From NCBI GenBank assembly GCA_035344255.1, contig DAORAP010000014.1, positions 2,105 to 66,104 of the forward strand: a DNA stretch of 64,000 nt, in the 5' to 3' direction. The notes under the pieces were generated by a model. It was given only the letters and a program-made list of their open reading frames with translations, ran no database searches and was not told the DNA's origin. Within the stretch, counting starts at the first letter, position 1; the number at the start of each line of letters is the position of its first letter. The position numbers and the translations under genes were made by a program. Below, one piece after another: positions 41,394-51,984 of this stretch. Source of the DNA: Nitrospirales bacterium. GTDB lineage: Bacteria; Nitrospirota; Nitrospiria; Nitrospirales; UBA8639.

Positions 41394-42371
41394 TTAGCGT
41401 TTTATTAATTGAGCCGTGATTTTTCTCAATAATGTTACGATCATGGGAGATAGCCCAAGCTTCGCAAGCCGCCCGGAATCTTTCCAGCTTGTTTTTTCCC
41501 AAGTGTCCCAGTATTGGCATAGCTCCTTATGAATTTCCGCTTTTCTTTCCTTGGGCAAGTGATGAGCCTCCTCAACCAATTTCGCAGCAGTCTTTAACAT
41601 TGCTCTGGTCTGTCTGTAACCATCTGCAGTTTTCTGCTGGGAATGATTTCGAGCTCTGGCAAATTTTATCCCTGTATATCTAAACGGTATCTCCGCCAAC
41701 AAAAACTTACCCCATAATTCGTAATCCATTGTATAATGATTTTCTAAATTTAGACCGCCAACCTCAAAAAATAAGGATCGAGGAAAGAGAACTTCGGGTT
41801 GAACTATGTTTCCGCCAGACCGCCAGACTTTTTCTACACTTAAGAGGTCATTCAAGCTATGTACTCTTGGCGTACGAGTAAACTTATAATTTCCCATTTG
41901 GTCAACATACGAACACAATCCTACATATACTTCTCTCTCGTTAAACTCAGCCTTCATGCCATGGCTGAACAATGCCTCCTTTTCGAGCAGATCATCGCTA
42001 TTTATCCACGTGGCGAAAAGACCAGAACCCATTTTAAGCCCCCGATTAATGGCATCGCTTTGCCCTGAGTCTGGCTCGCTCATCCAATAGCTAAGCCAAG
42101 GTTCATATTTCTTGATAATCTCAACTGAATTATCGGTGCTGGCCCCATCAAGCACAATGTACTCCAGATTTGGATACCCTTGGAGTAAAACCGAACGAAT
42201 GGTCTCCTCGATGAACACCCCTTGGTTGAAGGAGGGCGTGACTATAGTAATTCGAGGCCATGCCCGTCCGTCAGGCATTTGATCGGATAATTGCTTACTT
42301 TCTTCGGTCCATGGCCATCCCATTTTTTCTTTTAATGGCGAAGGCAGTTCTTTTAGTGTTGGACAACGCAT
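41394..42371 (-). CDS. Glycosyltransferase family 2
   Basis: ITIVTPSFNQG, VLDGASTDNS, DSGQSDAINRG, WINSDD and DYELW. Confidence 0.92.
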   Translation of the reverse strand: MRCPTLKELPSPLKEKMGWPWTEESKQLSDQMPDGRAWPRITIVTPSFNQGVFIEETIRSVLLQGYPNLEYIVLDGASTDNSVEIIKKYEPWLSYWMSEPDSGQSDAINRGLKMGSGLFATWINSDDLLEKEALFSHGMKAEFNEREVYVGLCSYVDQMGNYKFTRTPRVHSLNDLLSVEKVWRSGGNIVQPEVLFPRSLFFEVGGLNLENHYTMDYELWGKFLLAEIPFRYTGIKFARARNHSQQKTADGYRQTRAMLKTAAKLVEEAHHLPKERKAEIHKELCQYWDTWEKTSWKDSGRLAKLGLSPMIVTLLRKITAQLIKR

Positions 42372-42558
42372 GTCTTAGTAAATATTTCCTTCCCTTTATC
42401 TAATCCAATTAGTTTAGCTTCACTTTAATTGTCGCATTTATGATCCGCCTCTTTCTGCCCCCATTGGCTTTATGACACCAATAAATCTTTCAGGGCTGTT
42501 AAGGCAAAGGCTCTAGGGTTCTTCACAGACTGGCTTTTCCACCGCACCAATTTCATGT

Positions 42559-43795
42559 TGTAGTGCTCCCTCGAAATCAAGCCACCTGTGAGTGTTGTTC
42601 TTGCCGAAATTGTCGAGGGCTCTGGTACCCTAACGCTTGATGCGGACGCTCCTCGTTGTACCAGCGCATCCATCGTGTGATCGTCTGCCGGCCATCCTCA
42701 AATCCTTCAAAATCGTGTTGCCATACATACTCCTCTTTGAAACTCCGAAAAAAGCGTTCAATGAGCCCATTCTGTTCCGGCGTACAAGGCGTGATAAATT
42801 CTTGTTGGAATCGATAGTCTCGACACGCTTGGCGGAACCGCCGAATCTGAAAGATCAAACCATTATCACTGCGGAGTACCGGGGTCGTTCTCCCAGGGCG
42901 CAAGGTGCCAAAGCGAGCGAGTCAGGCCGCTTCAATCGCTCGTTCGGCTTCCTTGGCTCCCCCGCACAAGGCAAACTCATACCCGATTATCTCTCGATCA
43001 TGACAATCAATCACCGCCGTGAGATGGCCCCAGCCATCCTGTCCACACGGAATGTACGTCACATCCATGGCCCACCGTTGATCACTCTGAGGGGTGCGAC
43101 TTCTCAACCGCGGGGCCCGAGGGCGAGGCGTGCGGATTCGTTGATGCACCAGCCATTGCTAATCCGTAAGGCGCGATACACCGCTTTCCGATTGATCGCC
43201 AGTCCCTCTTGGTACCGCAACAGCGTCCACAGGCGACGGTAGTAGCCATAGGTCGGATCCTCCTGAATGAATGTGGGCAGCTTCATGACTAAAGGCTCGG
43301 CGAGTGTGGGAAAGGCTTCCTTCCTCACGGCCGTGCGATGGAGCGTCGATCGTGCGACCCGTAAGACCCGACCGGCCTGCCGCGCTGAGATGTTCGGAAA
43401 GGTCGCTTTCACACGTCGGACATCTTCCGGCCCAAAGGGTACGGTTTCAAGGCCTCCCGTAACACATCATGTTCTACCACCAGATCCCCAATCTTCTGTT
43501 TAAAATTCTCCATCTGTTCCTCCTTCAGCGCGTCCTCGTCTTTGGGCCACCGCCGCAGACCGTTTTCTGCAGCCCGAAGAAACTGATCTTGCCACCCCTC
43601 GACCTCGGCCACACTCAACCCATGCTGTCGGGCCGCTTCCGCCATTGACGTTTCCCCTTTCAGTACGCGTAAGACGAGGGCGGCTCGTCGTTTCGCTGTC
43701 CAGCGTTCAATCGGTTCTTTCTGTCCCATCAATTCCCTCCTTTAAGAAGTGGTTTATGTCTTAAAGGTGGTCTCATTTACAAGGGGAGTAGTATA
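42559..43795 (-). mobile_element. IS3-family element, diverged relative of copies A/B (orfA intact, orfB frameshifted)
   Basis: IRs TGTAGTGCTCCC / GGGGAGTAGTATA. orfA ERWTAKRRAALVLRVLKGETS; orfB in three pieces (WAMDVTY, RSDNGLIF, NGLIERFFRSFKEE). Confidence 0.88.
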
Positions 43796-44100
43796 ATGCT
43801 GGCCAATCGCCGTTCGGAGGAGGAGCTGCTCAGTGTCAATTTGCATATTTACCACCACCCATCTGCTCAAAGAGGTATCCGGGAACTCTAAACTTATCGA
43901 GAAAAAAGTGGGTGCGTCATTCGAGAAGCAATGGCTCCTGTTCTATGAGCAATTTGCCACGTTTATCGAATAACATTACCAGAGACGCCTACTGCTACTT
44001 ACGGAATACTATCAAAATGAGGTTCATCGAGAGCCTACGCAATTACATTCGATGAGTAACCGGCCCGCCAATGCTTATCAAGATGGGGAGTCCACATGGC

Positions 44101-44868
44101 TCAAAACTCTGACCGGTTACTTATTTCGGACAATGAGAAAAATTCACCCATCCGAATCTGCATTGAGCCTAAAATTATAAAAATCAGAAAAAGCCCTGAG
44201 GAAAAATTATTTTTCAAATGATATAAATTGGGAATATATCGATCTAGCTCCCAAGATGGTTCGTTATATTGAATCCAAGCCGTAAATTTTCGATGCTTTA
44301 CGTGAGCAGGTTGCACTTCCATATTTTTAGAGGTATTAGAAGAACATATATTCACAAATCGCTCAGAAGAGCGAAATAATATTCTCATACAGGAATCAAA
44401 TATTTCATCCTCTATTAAGTGGTAAATTACATCCAATGAGAGTGTTAATTCAGCGGTTTGACCATCATATTTTTTACGTAACTTGAAAGTTTTTGACTTA
44501 TCTTTGTAAAAATTTTTTTTGCACAATGCTATTGCTTCTTCACTAACATCAAACCCAAGATACTTTCGGTAGTCACTTTTTAATTTAGTGCCATTCCCAC
44601 ATCCAAATTCAATAATAGTGTGCAGATACCATGTTTCTTCACGAAATCATTTATTATTTTAACCTTAAATTCTTATAACATACCCTAATTACCCGCCCCA
44701 GAATTTCCCCAGGACTTATACTTTTGATCCCAATTCTTTCTGAAGTAGAAAAAGGAACAGGCGGCAATTTGTTCTGTAGGGATTTTTTAATAATTTCTTT
44801 TTAACTTGTAACCCTAAGGGGCCGATCAACGGAATACTTTTAATGAACCTTCCTATCGTTGATCTCAA
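44101..44868 (-). pseudogene. SAM-dependent methyltransferase pseudogene
   Basis: Manual translation NWDQKYKSWGNSGAGN*GML*EFK.., a frameshift, then IIEFGCGNG..YLGFDVSEEAIALC joining the ORF-track piece LSLDVIYHLIED..HVKHRKFT. Coordinates are approximate. Confidence 0.75.
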
Positions 44869-45138
44869 AATAGGGGTATCGAACGGCCTAGATGAGCTGC
44901 ATTGGCACCAATTCCGCCTAATACAGTTGTGAGCTGAATGACCAGTTTTGGTTGTATCTCCTATTTAAGATATAAAATGTATTCACGGTCCCGTAAACAT
45001 ACCTCATTTTGAGCGAGGCACCGTCACATTTTCACACTCAAGATTCCTAGAAGCTTCTTCAACACAACAGATTTCAAAAATCTCATTCCTCCTCTGATAA
45101 TTATCCGATTATTTAATCATTGAATGATGATTTTCCCC

Positions 45139-46140
45139 TCATTTCCCACTTAATTCAGCAATATCAGAATCAATCATCAGACGAACCAATTCATTAAATG
45201 AGGTCTTAGGAGTCCATCCCAATTGTTTTTTTGCTTTACTCGCATCTCCAATGAGCAGATCGACTTCTGCAGGTCGATAATATTTTGAATCAATTTCTAA
45301 ATGGTCCTGCCAATTCAGGCCGGCATATGAAAAGGCCTCTTCCAAAAACTCTCTCACGGTATGAGTTTCTCCCGTGGCAATCACGTAATCCTCCGGGGTA
45401 TCCTGCTGAAGCATCAGCCACATGGCCTCAACATACTCCTTTGCATACCCCCAATCCCGTTTAGCATCAATATTTCCAAGAAAAATCTTATCTTGCAATC
45501 CTGCCTTTATGCGAGCCGCGGCACGAGTGATTTTCCGGGTTACAAACGTTTCGCCTCGGCGTTCAGACTCATGGTTGAACAGGATTCCATTGCAACCAAA
45601 CACATTATAACTCTCTCGATAATTCACCACCATCCAGTATGCATACACTTTAGCCGCAGCATAGGGGCTTCGCGGATAAAATGGGGTATTTTCCCGCTGG
45701 GGAACTTCCTGTACTTTGCCGAACATTTCAGAACTACTCGCCTGGTAAAACTTGCTATGGAGTCCCGTTTCTCGAATGGCCTCCAGAAGACGAATTGTTC
45801 CCAGACCAGTCACATCACCCGTATATTCAGGAATGTCAAAACTCACCCGGACATGACTTTGCGCTGCAAGATGATAAATCTCATCTGGTTGAATGCGATA
45901 GAGCAGTTTGATGAGATTTGTCGAATCAGCAATATCTCCATAATGAAGAAACAATTTTACCCCATTCACATGAGGGTCTTGATAAAGATGGTCAATGCGT
46001 CCTGTGTTAAAGGTTGAAGCCCTGCGAATAATCCCATGCACCTCGTAGCCTTTCCCGAGAAGCAATTCAGCTAGATAGGAACCATCTTGACCTGTAATTC
46101 CGGTAATAAGAGCCTTTTTGATAGTCGATGAGCTTTTCAT
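45139..46140 (-). CDS. gmd: GDP-mannose 4,6-dehydratase
   Basis: [57 protein letters not shown] and AKRDWG. Likely start 46140 (ORF track gives 46203). Confidence 0.96.
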   Translation of the reverse strand: MKSSSTIKKALITGITGQDGSYLAELLLGKGYEVHGIIRRASTFNTGRIDHLYQDPHVNGVKLFLHYGDIADSTNLIKLLYRIQPDEIYHLAAQSHVRVSFDIPEYTGDVTGLGTIRLLEAIRETGLHSKFYQASSSEMFGKVQEVPQRENTPFYPRSPYAAAKVYAYWMVVNYRESYNVFGCNGILFNHESERRGETFVTRKITRAAARIKAGLQDKIFLGNIDAKRDWGYAKEYVEAMWLMLQQDTPEDYVIATGETHTVREFLEEAFSYAGLNWQDHLEIDSKYYRPAEVDLLIGDASKAKKQLGWTPKTSFNELVRLMIDSDIAELSGK

Positions 46141-46304
46141 GTTACACCAAAGGAAAGTTGAAAATGGTAAAAACTCCCCAAACAAGTCGGGTGGTATCCA
46201 CAAAGTTTTTTGGGTTTGCCGGGTAATTAATCACCTCTGGTGGGCCCTCCTTAGACCCCTGTAAAGTTCTACCTTGACCGTCCAGGCAAGGAGGTGGACG
46301 ATTT

Positions 46305-47375
46305 TCAATTAACACCCACATCAGAAAAAATATTCCTATTGGGTTGGTCTTTAAAATATTTGATCAAAAATTCTCCCACAAATCGATTACCGGCAAGATT
46401 CCAGTGACCATCATCTACGATTCCTATCGTGATTCCTTCCGCTTCCTTACTTTCCAAGTATTCGCTGACTCCTCGAATGCAGGTTATACCGGCTTCCCTG
46501 CAAAGCAAACTTTCTTTGTCGGTAATCGGTTCGGTACTAAAAAAGAAAAAGGGCCTTTGTCCAGCTCGTAGTCTTGCCATTTTTAAAATCTCGCCCGTCA
46601 CCCGATAGGCCGACTCTGGTACCTTTTCTTTGCGTCCTTCCATTTTTGTGATTTGGTTATTAGAATTGGAATCAGTATTAGCTTGGAGTTGGGCTTTCTG
46701 AAACGCATCATATCGAACTAATATTCGATCTGCGATTCTTGAATATTTTCGCAGGAAGGGTAACGGCATGGGTATTTCATAAACTATTTCTTTGTTAACA
46801 AGGTAAGGCCTTACACCAAAATTGTTATGGGGATAATAATTCCTATCACTTTCGTATAAATTGTTCCAGTAATCATTGCTGCAAAATTGCCAAATGACTA
46901 CATCTGGATCAATGTCATCAATATAATCATCCAAAACCATATATTCCTGGAGTGAACCATACCCTCCTCCACCATATACAAAAAAATTTACATAAGGATA
47001 CTCCTTCTCTAAATATGCATACCATTCCTCCCCATTAGAAACCTGGACCATTTCTGTGAAGGAATCACCAATAATGAGAACCGAAGGTCTGTGTGTATGT
47101 AATTGCCCCCATCTTTTAAATCCATGGTCAAAATATTCGTTCTGTACAGTTCGATAAGCACCTGGCTGATCTTGAAGAGTTCTGGTAGCCGTTCTATTGG
47201 CTCCCACAGTCCAACCATATTTTGTTGGTTGATAGGCCGGTGGCAACATCGTGTGCAGTATCAATTCCCCCAGGAGAAAAACAAAAAGAATCGTTGCAAT
47301 CAGTAAATACCATTCTTTCCTTTTCCCTCGACCAAAATTGTACCGACCGAATTCCCTTACCGTTGAATTAGGCAT
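46305..47375 (-). CDS. Membrane-anchored SGNH/GDSL hydrolase-family protein
   Basis: N-terminal TM helix, IIGDSFTE (block I), GGGGYG (block II), QFCSND (block III) and DDGHWN (D-x-x-H). Confidence 0.8.
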   Translation of the reverse strand: MPNSTVREFGRYNFGRGKRKEWYLLIATILFVFLLGELILHTMLPPAYQPTKYGWTVGANRTATRTLQDQPGAYRTVQNEYFDHGFKRWGQLHTHRPSVLIIGDSFTEMVQVSNGEEWYAYLEKEYPYVNFFVYGGGGYGSLQEYMVLDDYIDDIDPDVVIWQFCSNDYWNNLYESDRNYYPHNNFGVRPYLVNKEIVYEIPMPLPFLRKYSRIADRILVRYDAFQKAQLQANTDSNSNNQITKMEGRKEKVPESAYRVTGEILKMARLRAGQRPFFFFSTEPITDKESLLCREAGITCIRGVSEYLESKEAEGITIGIVDDGHWNLAGNRFVGEFLIKYFKDQPNRNIFSDVGVN

Positions 47376-47506
47376 AGGAACAACGCCGCCTCATAATTTA
47401 ATTGAAAACTCCTGGCAATTATCTGATGCACGGATTCTCTTGTGAAGAGTAAACTAAATTACTTCATTACCAAAATACTAACCCTCGCAAAGAATATCCC
47501 ACCAAT

Positions 47507-48331
47507 CTATTTAAGAAGATAGGGTTTCCAAAAATCTTTGTCATATTTCTGCCAGGCATGACATCCAAAAGGAAGAGTATGATTTGTTAATTCAAAACAG
47601 TACCCTGGCACACATTCAAACGCGAATTTCAGAGCGACCTCCACTGGGGCTATTTTGAATTCTGGGAAATAGTGCTGAGCTCGATTTGCCCAAAAATAAT
47701 CTTCAGGCTGCCGATTCCTACGCAACTCCCATTGTAAATCATTTAGTTTTTTCACATATTTCAGGAGTCGTTTCCCTTGGAGGGCCAGTTGCTCAAATCG
47801 AGATTTCGCCAAAGTCAGATGAGCCGTATAAAATTCTGGGTCTGTGCTATATTCCCTTGAGTTCAGGACCTTAAGAAAACTTTCAATTTTCCGAAGGGAA
47901 AAGCCTCCATTCCCGACTTTTCCTGAGAAATGTCCATCTTTTTTATAAGGAGCATCCTCATGCGGAATCCAAGGTGGGGCAATATAATCGTAATCCGCAT
48001 TGCACCACTCTAACATCTGATCCGAAAACACCAAAGCGTCCAAATGATAATTAAGAATGTATTTATAATCCAAAAAGGATTCATAGAACTCATGCGATAA
48101 CATCAAATTCGTATGAGCAATGGCACTTCCAAAGAATCGTTTTTTGAAATATTTCATTTTGAAACCTGGGATGTCCAGGCAAAGACCTTCCGGTGCAATT
48201 AAGTATTTGTCGTATTTTCCAAGGAAATGGACAAGATGTCGTAGAGATAATTCCTCATCCGGAGTCAACTGCTCTCTCATGGATAGCGGCACGACCACTG
48301 CAACGTTCTTGGATGTATGTTGTATAGACAT
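47507..48331 (-). CDS. DUF5672-family protein (putative glycosyltransferase)
   Basis: YHLDALVF, DYIAPPW, VGNGGFSLRK, EDYFW, FAFE and PFGCHAW. Confidence 0.75.
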   Translation of the reverse strand: MSIQHTSKNVAVVVPLSMREQLTPDEELSLRHLVHFLGKYDKYLIAPEGLCLDIPGFKMKYFKKRFFGSAIAHTNLMLSHEFYESFLDYKYILNYHLDALVFSDQMLEWCNADYDYIAPPWIPHEDAPYKKDGHFSGKVGNGGFSLRKIESFLKVLNSREYSTDPEFYTAHLTLAKSRFEQLALQGKRLLKYVKKLNDLQWELRRNRQPEDYFWANRAQHYFPEFKIAPVEVALKFAFECVPGYCFELTNHTLPFGCHAWQKYDKDFWKPYLLK

Positions 48332-48625
48332 AGCTTAATCTTAACCTAGAGGAAACTCAGTGCCACGTTCAGGTTTTCTATCCAACATTTTCCCTAGAGG
48401 TATCGTTTTCCCACCAAAAAGGTCTGATCTGTGATTTTTACCATGCGGATGAGGTCAGCCATGGCCCCCCCAGTGGCCTGTTTCAATACCGCGAGGATCT
48501 GTTCCCACAAAAACGCTTACGTTTTTTGGCATCCTCTTTTAATGCATCCCCCGCGAAGGTTGACAGAAACTTGCTTTTTTGGCCTCAAACAGCTGGATTC
48601 GATCCCTAGGGTTTTCGGTCACTGT

Positions 48626-49858
48626 CTAACTGGGTAGCACGACAGGTAGCCTTTGTTCATAGTTCTCAAAATCATCAATATATTGAAAAATATGATCCCG
48701 AATATTGAGTCTTTTGTCTGTCATTTCTCGCTCCGCAAGCATACTAATTCGTTCTAAATAGTAGAGTTTACGATACAGGCTTTCACCGTCAGAAATACTT
48801 CTTGCAAGTTCAGGTAATCCCTCAGATAATTTGGATATAAAATATGGCAATGATTTGTTAATTTCACAAACGAGATTTTTCACAGGAATTCTTTTGGTCG
48901 GTCGGTAAAAAAAGTAACTGTAAAAATCAAATAACGCGGTGCGATTCTTTGCACCTTCCCAATCAAAAACTTTCAATCCATATCGGGTTTTCAATATATT
49001 TTCCGGGCAAAAATCTCCGTGAGTGAACACGTGATATAAAGGGACAGATCCTTCGGACTTCAAAGAGTCTACAATTGAATGTACAAAATTCTGAATCTTT
49101 ATAAAATCCCCATTGGTAGTCGAACTTGGTCGTCCTATTCGGGTGGCCTCTAAACTCCGAATTAAATCCCCAACATATTGGTCCGTATTTTTGACAAATG
49201 GGGTTTGGAGTAAAATTAAATTTATGAGATGAGGTACCAATTCCTGGAAATTTTGAAATAAAACATCTGAATCCCTTGGTACCCTCGAAGCCTCTACCGA
49301 CCCAACAAAATAATCTTCTTCATACCATCTTTTCAATGGGTCCATTTTCCTTAAGGACGGCGCAAAATTCAACCGCGAAACATTTTTCAATTGATCTATT
49401 TCATTAGAAATATCCCGATAACTTACATCAGGATTAAATAATTTTATGACCACTCCGCGGCGAAGATCGAAAATTTTATACCCCTGATGAACCTGAACAC
49501 ATGTATGTCCAAATACAGGCAAACACACCATAGATTTAGACTTTCGTAATTCAAATTTATACGCTAAAAACTTGAGAAGAGTAACTGAATTATTTTTAAA
49601 AAATGGTAAGAGGTCGCCAGTCGGAAACGTATCAATATAGAACTTAAACAAATTCAACTTTGATTCCGGGCGAATTTTGGTCCGGATAGTGTCTTTTTTA
49701 AAAAACAAAATCCAAAATAAAACAAAAAAATTTTGCTGCAAGCATAAATAGCGCCGACTCTCTCTTTCTAATTGAATATATTGAAAGGTATTTGCCGGAA
49801 TTAAGCCCATTTTGTTAAACCCACCTTCAAAATTATTCCTTTCCTTGAGATAAAGCAA
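48626..49858 (-). CDS. Aminoglycoside phosphotransferase/protein kinase-like fold protein
   Basis: VVIKLF, HGDFCPENIL (Brenner motif) and VFDWE. The sequence is AT-rich and the start is uncertain. Confidence 0.75.
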   Translation of the reverse strand: MLYLKERNNFEGGFNKMGLIPANTFQYIQLERESRRYLCLQQNFFVLFWILFFKKDTIRTKIRPESKLNLFKFYIDTFPTGDLLPFFKNNSVTLLKFLAYKFELRKSKSMVCLPVFGHTCVQVHQGYKIFDLRRGVVIKLFNPDVSYRDISNEIDQLKNVSRLNFAPSLRKMDPLKRWYEEDYFVGSVEASRVPRDSDVLFQNFQELVPHLINLILLQTPFVKNTDQYVGDLIRSLEATRIGRPSSTTNGDFIKIQNFVHSIVDSLKSEGSVPLYHVFTHGDFCPENILKTRYGLKVFDWEGAKNRTALFDFYSYFFYRPTKRIPVKNLVCEINKSLPYFISKLSEGLPELARSISDGESLYRKLYYLERISMLAEREMTDKRLNIRDHIFQYIDDFENYEQRLPVVLPS

Positions 49859-50129
49859 TTGTCAAAAATTTTGTCGGCCCACGGGTACCCCAATCCCCTG
49901 CAGTTTTCCCCTGCCATCGATGACTTATTTCCCCAGTCATTTTGAATGTTAGGTCTTCCGAGTAATAATTTCTACAAAAAAATTCTATTCCTATTACAAC
50001 CCACTTATCAGTCTGGTGGATCGGAAATTAGCTGATCATGCACGAATATCCGAAATAGAATACCCCCTCGCCTTTTGAAAGCCGGGGCTCTGTGAGTTCG
50101 CAGTAAATTGAATAGCAATAAGAAAGGTC

Positions 50130-50370
50130 GACCAACTCATGGGACGAACCAGACGCTTCAGGGGTGACTTATACCTGTGCCCACTTCGGGGTGGCCGACG
50201 ACAAAGACCTAGGGATTTTATCCAGAAGCTGTCACTTCCAGTCTTGGATTTAACTGACATGCACACCATACTGGTCAGGTAACGTTGCGAGGGTCTTGTC
50301 ACCAGGAATGACCATCATACCGACTTTGGCCTAAACACTCGGTAATGACTCCCATCGAAATCGTCGCAAG
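50130..50370 (-). pseudogene. IS3-family orfA relic
   Basis: Manual translation AKVGMMVIPGDKTLATLPDQYGVHVS*IQDWK*QLLDK resembles IS3 orfA AKVALxAxxGDKTLAELAxxxxVHPNQIxxWKxQLL. Confidence 0.55.
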
Positions 50371-50609
50371 CCTCGAAAGAAAGATACCATAGAAAATTTG
50401 ATTAAGCATCCGAGAATCGCGGCCCAAGGGTTGAAGGCCACTATTGTCCACCCTAGCAGCCGAGCTTAAGCGGACTTCCCAATCACATCACTATGCACAT
50501 GATTGCATGGATGACTGTGCTGTTTAAATCAGTCTGAAAGAAATTTATGCAAGGGAGGGAGGAGACTGTACAAAAATTTAAGCAGAAAACACAAAATATT
50601 TCATTACCA

Positions 50610-51956
50610 CTACACTTCGGTCTTTTCCATCTGCACTTCTTTTGGGCTGAATTGAGTCTTCCATTTTAAGAGAGGCCTGACCACTCCAGGAATATTTCCT
50701 GTCGAATCCACACGCGCTCCTAGTCCGTCCATACTGTCAATCACATGAAAGGCAACGGCATCATTCACCCGCAATCGTCTAACGGTTGGATTTTCTGTCC
50801 CTATACTCGGACCGATGAAATACCTTCCTTCTGAAAGCAAATTGCCTGGGATCACGGAGGTACTCACGTATCGACCTGACGGTCGCGGCTTCTTGATCCA
50901 GGACGAATCATTATCAATGGACATAAATGCTTCTATACCCTCCTCATTAAAAACATGGAAATAAATCCGAAGTTCATGTCCTGGCTGAAGTAATTCATAT
51001 TCTATCTCAATTTGAAGGGGTTGACTGATGTCCACCGTTTCCGATACGCGGCCATCGTTCGCTTTGACTCTTACCCCACACAATCGTACGACTTCATCTC
51101 CCGGAGCTTCCCCGAGGTTTACCCATCTCCGCTCGGCCTGGGCACCTATTTCGGAATTGAGATATTCACTAATGACTTCATGTGTCGGACCGTCCACCTG
51201 CACCCTTCCCCCATTTAATAGAATAGTCCGACGACACAACCTGGTCACTGCCGGCAGAATATGAGACACAAATAAGACCGTGCGACCCTGTTGGCCCACA
51301 TCCTTCATTTTGTCCAAGCACTTTTTTTGAAATCGTGCGTCACCGACGGCAAGCACTTCATCAATGACTAGAATTTCTGGCTCCAGATGAGCAGCAACCG
51401 CAAAGGCTAGTCGCACCTTCATCCCACTTGAGTATCGTTTGACGGGGGTATCAATGAATTTTTCCACCCCAGAAAAATCGACAATTTCGTCAAATTTACG
51501 CTCGATTTCTTTCTTTCTCATTCCTAAAATGGTTCCGTTAAGATACACGTTCTCGCGGCCGGTGAGCTCAGGATGAAATCCGGTTCCAACCTCGAGAAGA
51601 CTTGAGATCCTTCCACGAATGGTGACAGACCCGCTCGTAGGAACCGTAATTTTTGAAAGGATTTTAAGAAGTGTCGATTTTCCAGCACCGTTAATGCCAA
51701 TTATGCCGACCACTTCCCCTTTTTTTAACTCAAACGAGACATCTCGCAATGCCCAGATCACATCAGGTCGATTGTCCCCCTGGTCTGGCCGCAAATCGTC
51801 AAATTGATAAAGCGATCGGTATTTACGGTAATTATGGAGGGGATTTTTTAGGAAATGTAGGATGGATGCCCCAAGGCTATCATGCATATTTTCCTTTAAT
51901 CCGATACGATAGCACTTACTGATATTTTCTACTTTAATGGCTAAATCATTTTTCAT
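50610..51956 (-). CDS. wzt: Polysaccharide ABC exporter ATPase with a C-terminal Wzt_C domain
   Basis: Walker [35 protein letters not shown] and Walker [11 protein letters not shown], plus a C-terminal beta-rich extension of about 170 aa. Confidence 0.93.
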   Translation of the reverse strand: MKNDLAIKVENISKCYRIGLKENMHDSLGASILHFLKNPLHNYRKYRSLYQFDDLRPDQGDNRPDVIWALRDVSFELKKGEVVGIIGINGAGKSTLLKILSKITVPTSGSVTIRGRISSLLEVGTGFHPELTGRENVYLNGTILGMRKKEIERKFDEIVDFSGVEKFIDTPVKRYSSGMKVRLAFAVAAHLEPEILVIDEVLAVGDARFQKKCLDKMKDVGQQGRTVLFVSHILPAVTRLCRRTILLNGGRVQVDGPTHEVISEYLNSEIGAQAERRWVNLGEAPGDEVVRLCGVRVKANDGRVSETVDISQPLQIEIEYELLQPGHELRIYFHVFNEEGIEAFMSIDNDSSWIKKPRPSGRYVSTSVIPGNLLSEGRYFIGPSIGTENPTVRRLRVNDAVAFHVIDSMDGLGARVDSTGNIPGVVRPLLKWKTQFSPKEVQMEKTEV

Positions 51957-51984
51957 TATTCGTATCCTCGAATGATCTGTTCAC

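Noticed and set aside
14321-43795. Large direct repeats as CRISPR or tandem arrays
   Set aside because: They are IS copies of about 1.2 kb. No short regularly spaced repeats or cas genes were found.
42555-43799. TSD for IS 42559-43795 (ATGT / ATGC)
   Set aside because: It matches at only three of four bases, which cannot be distinguished from chance.
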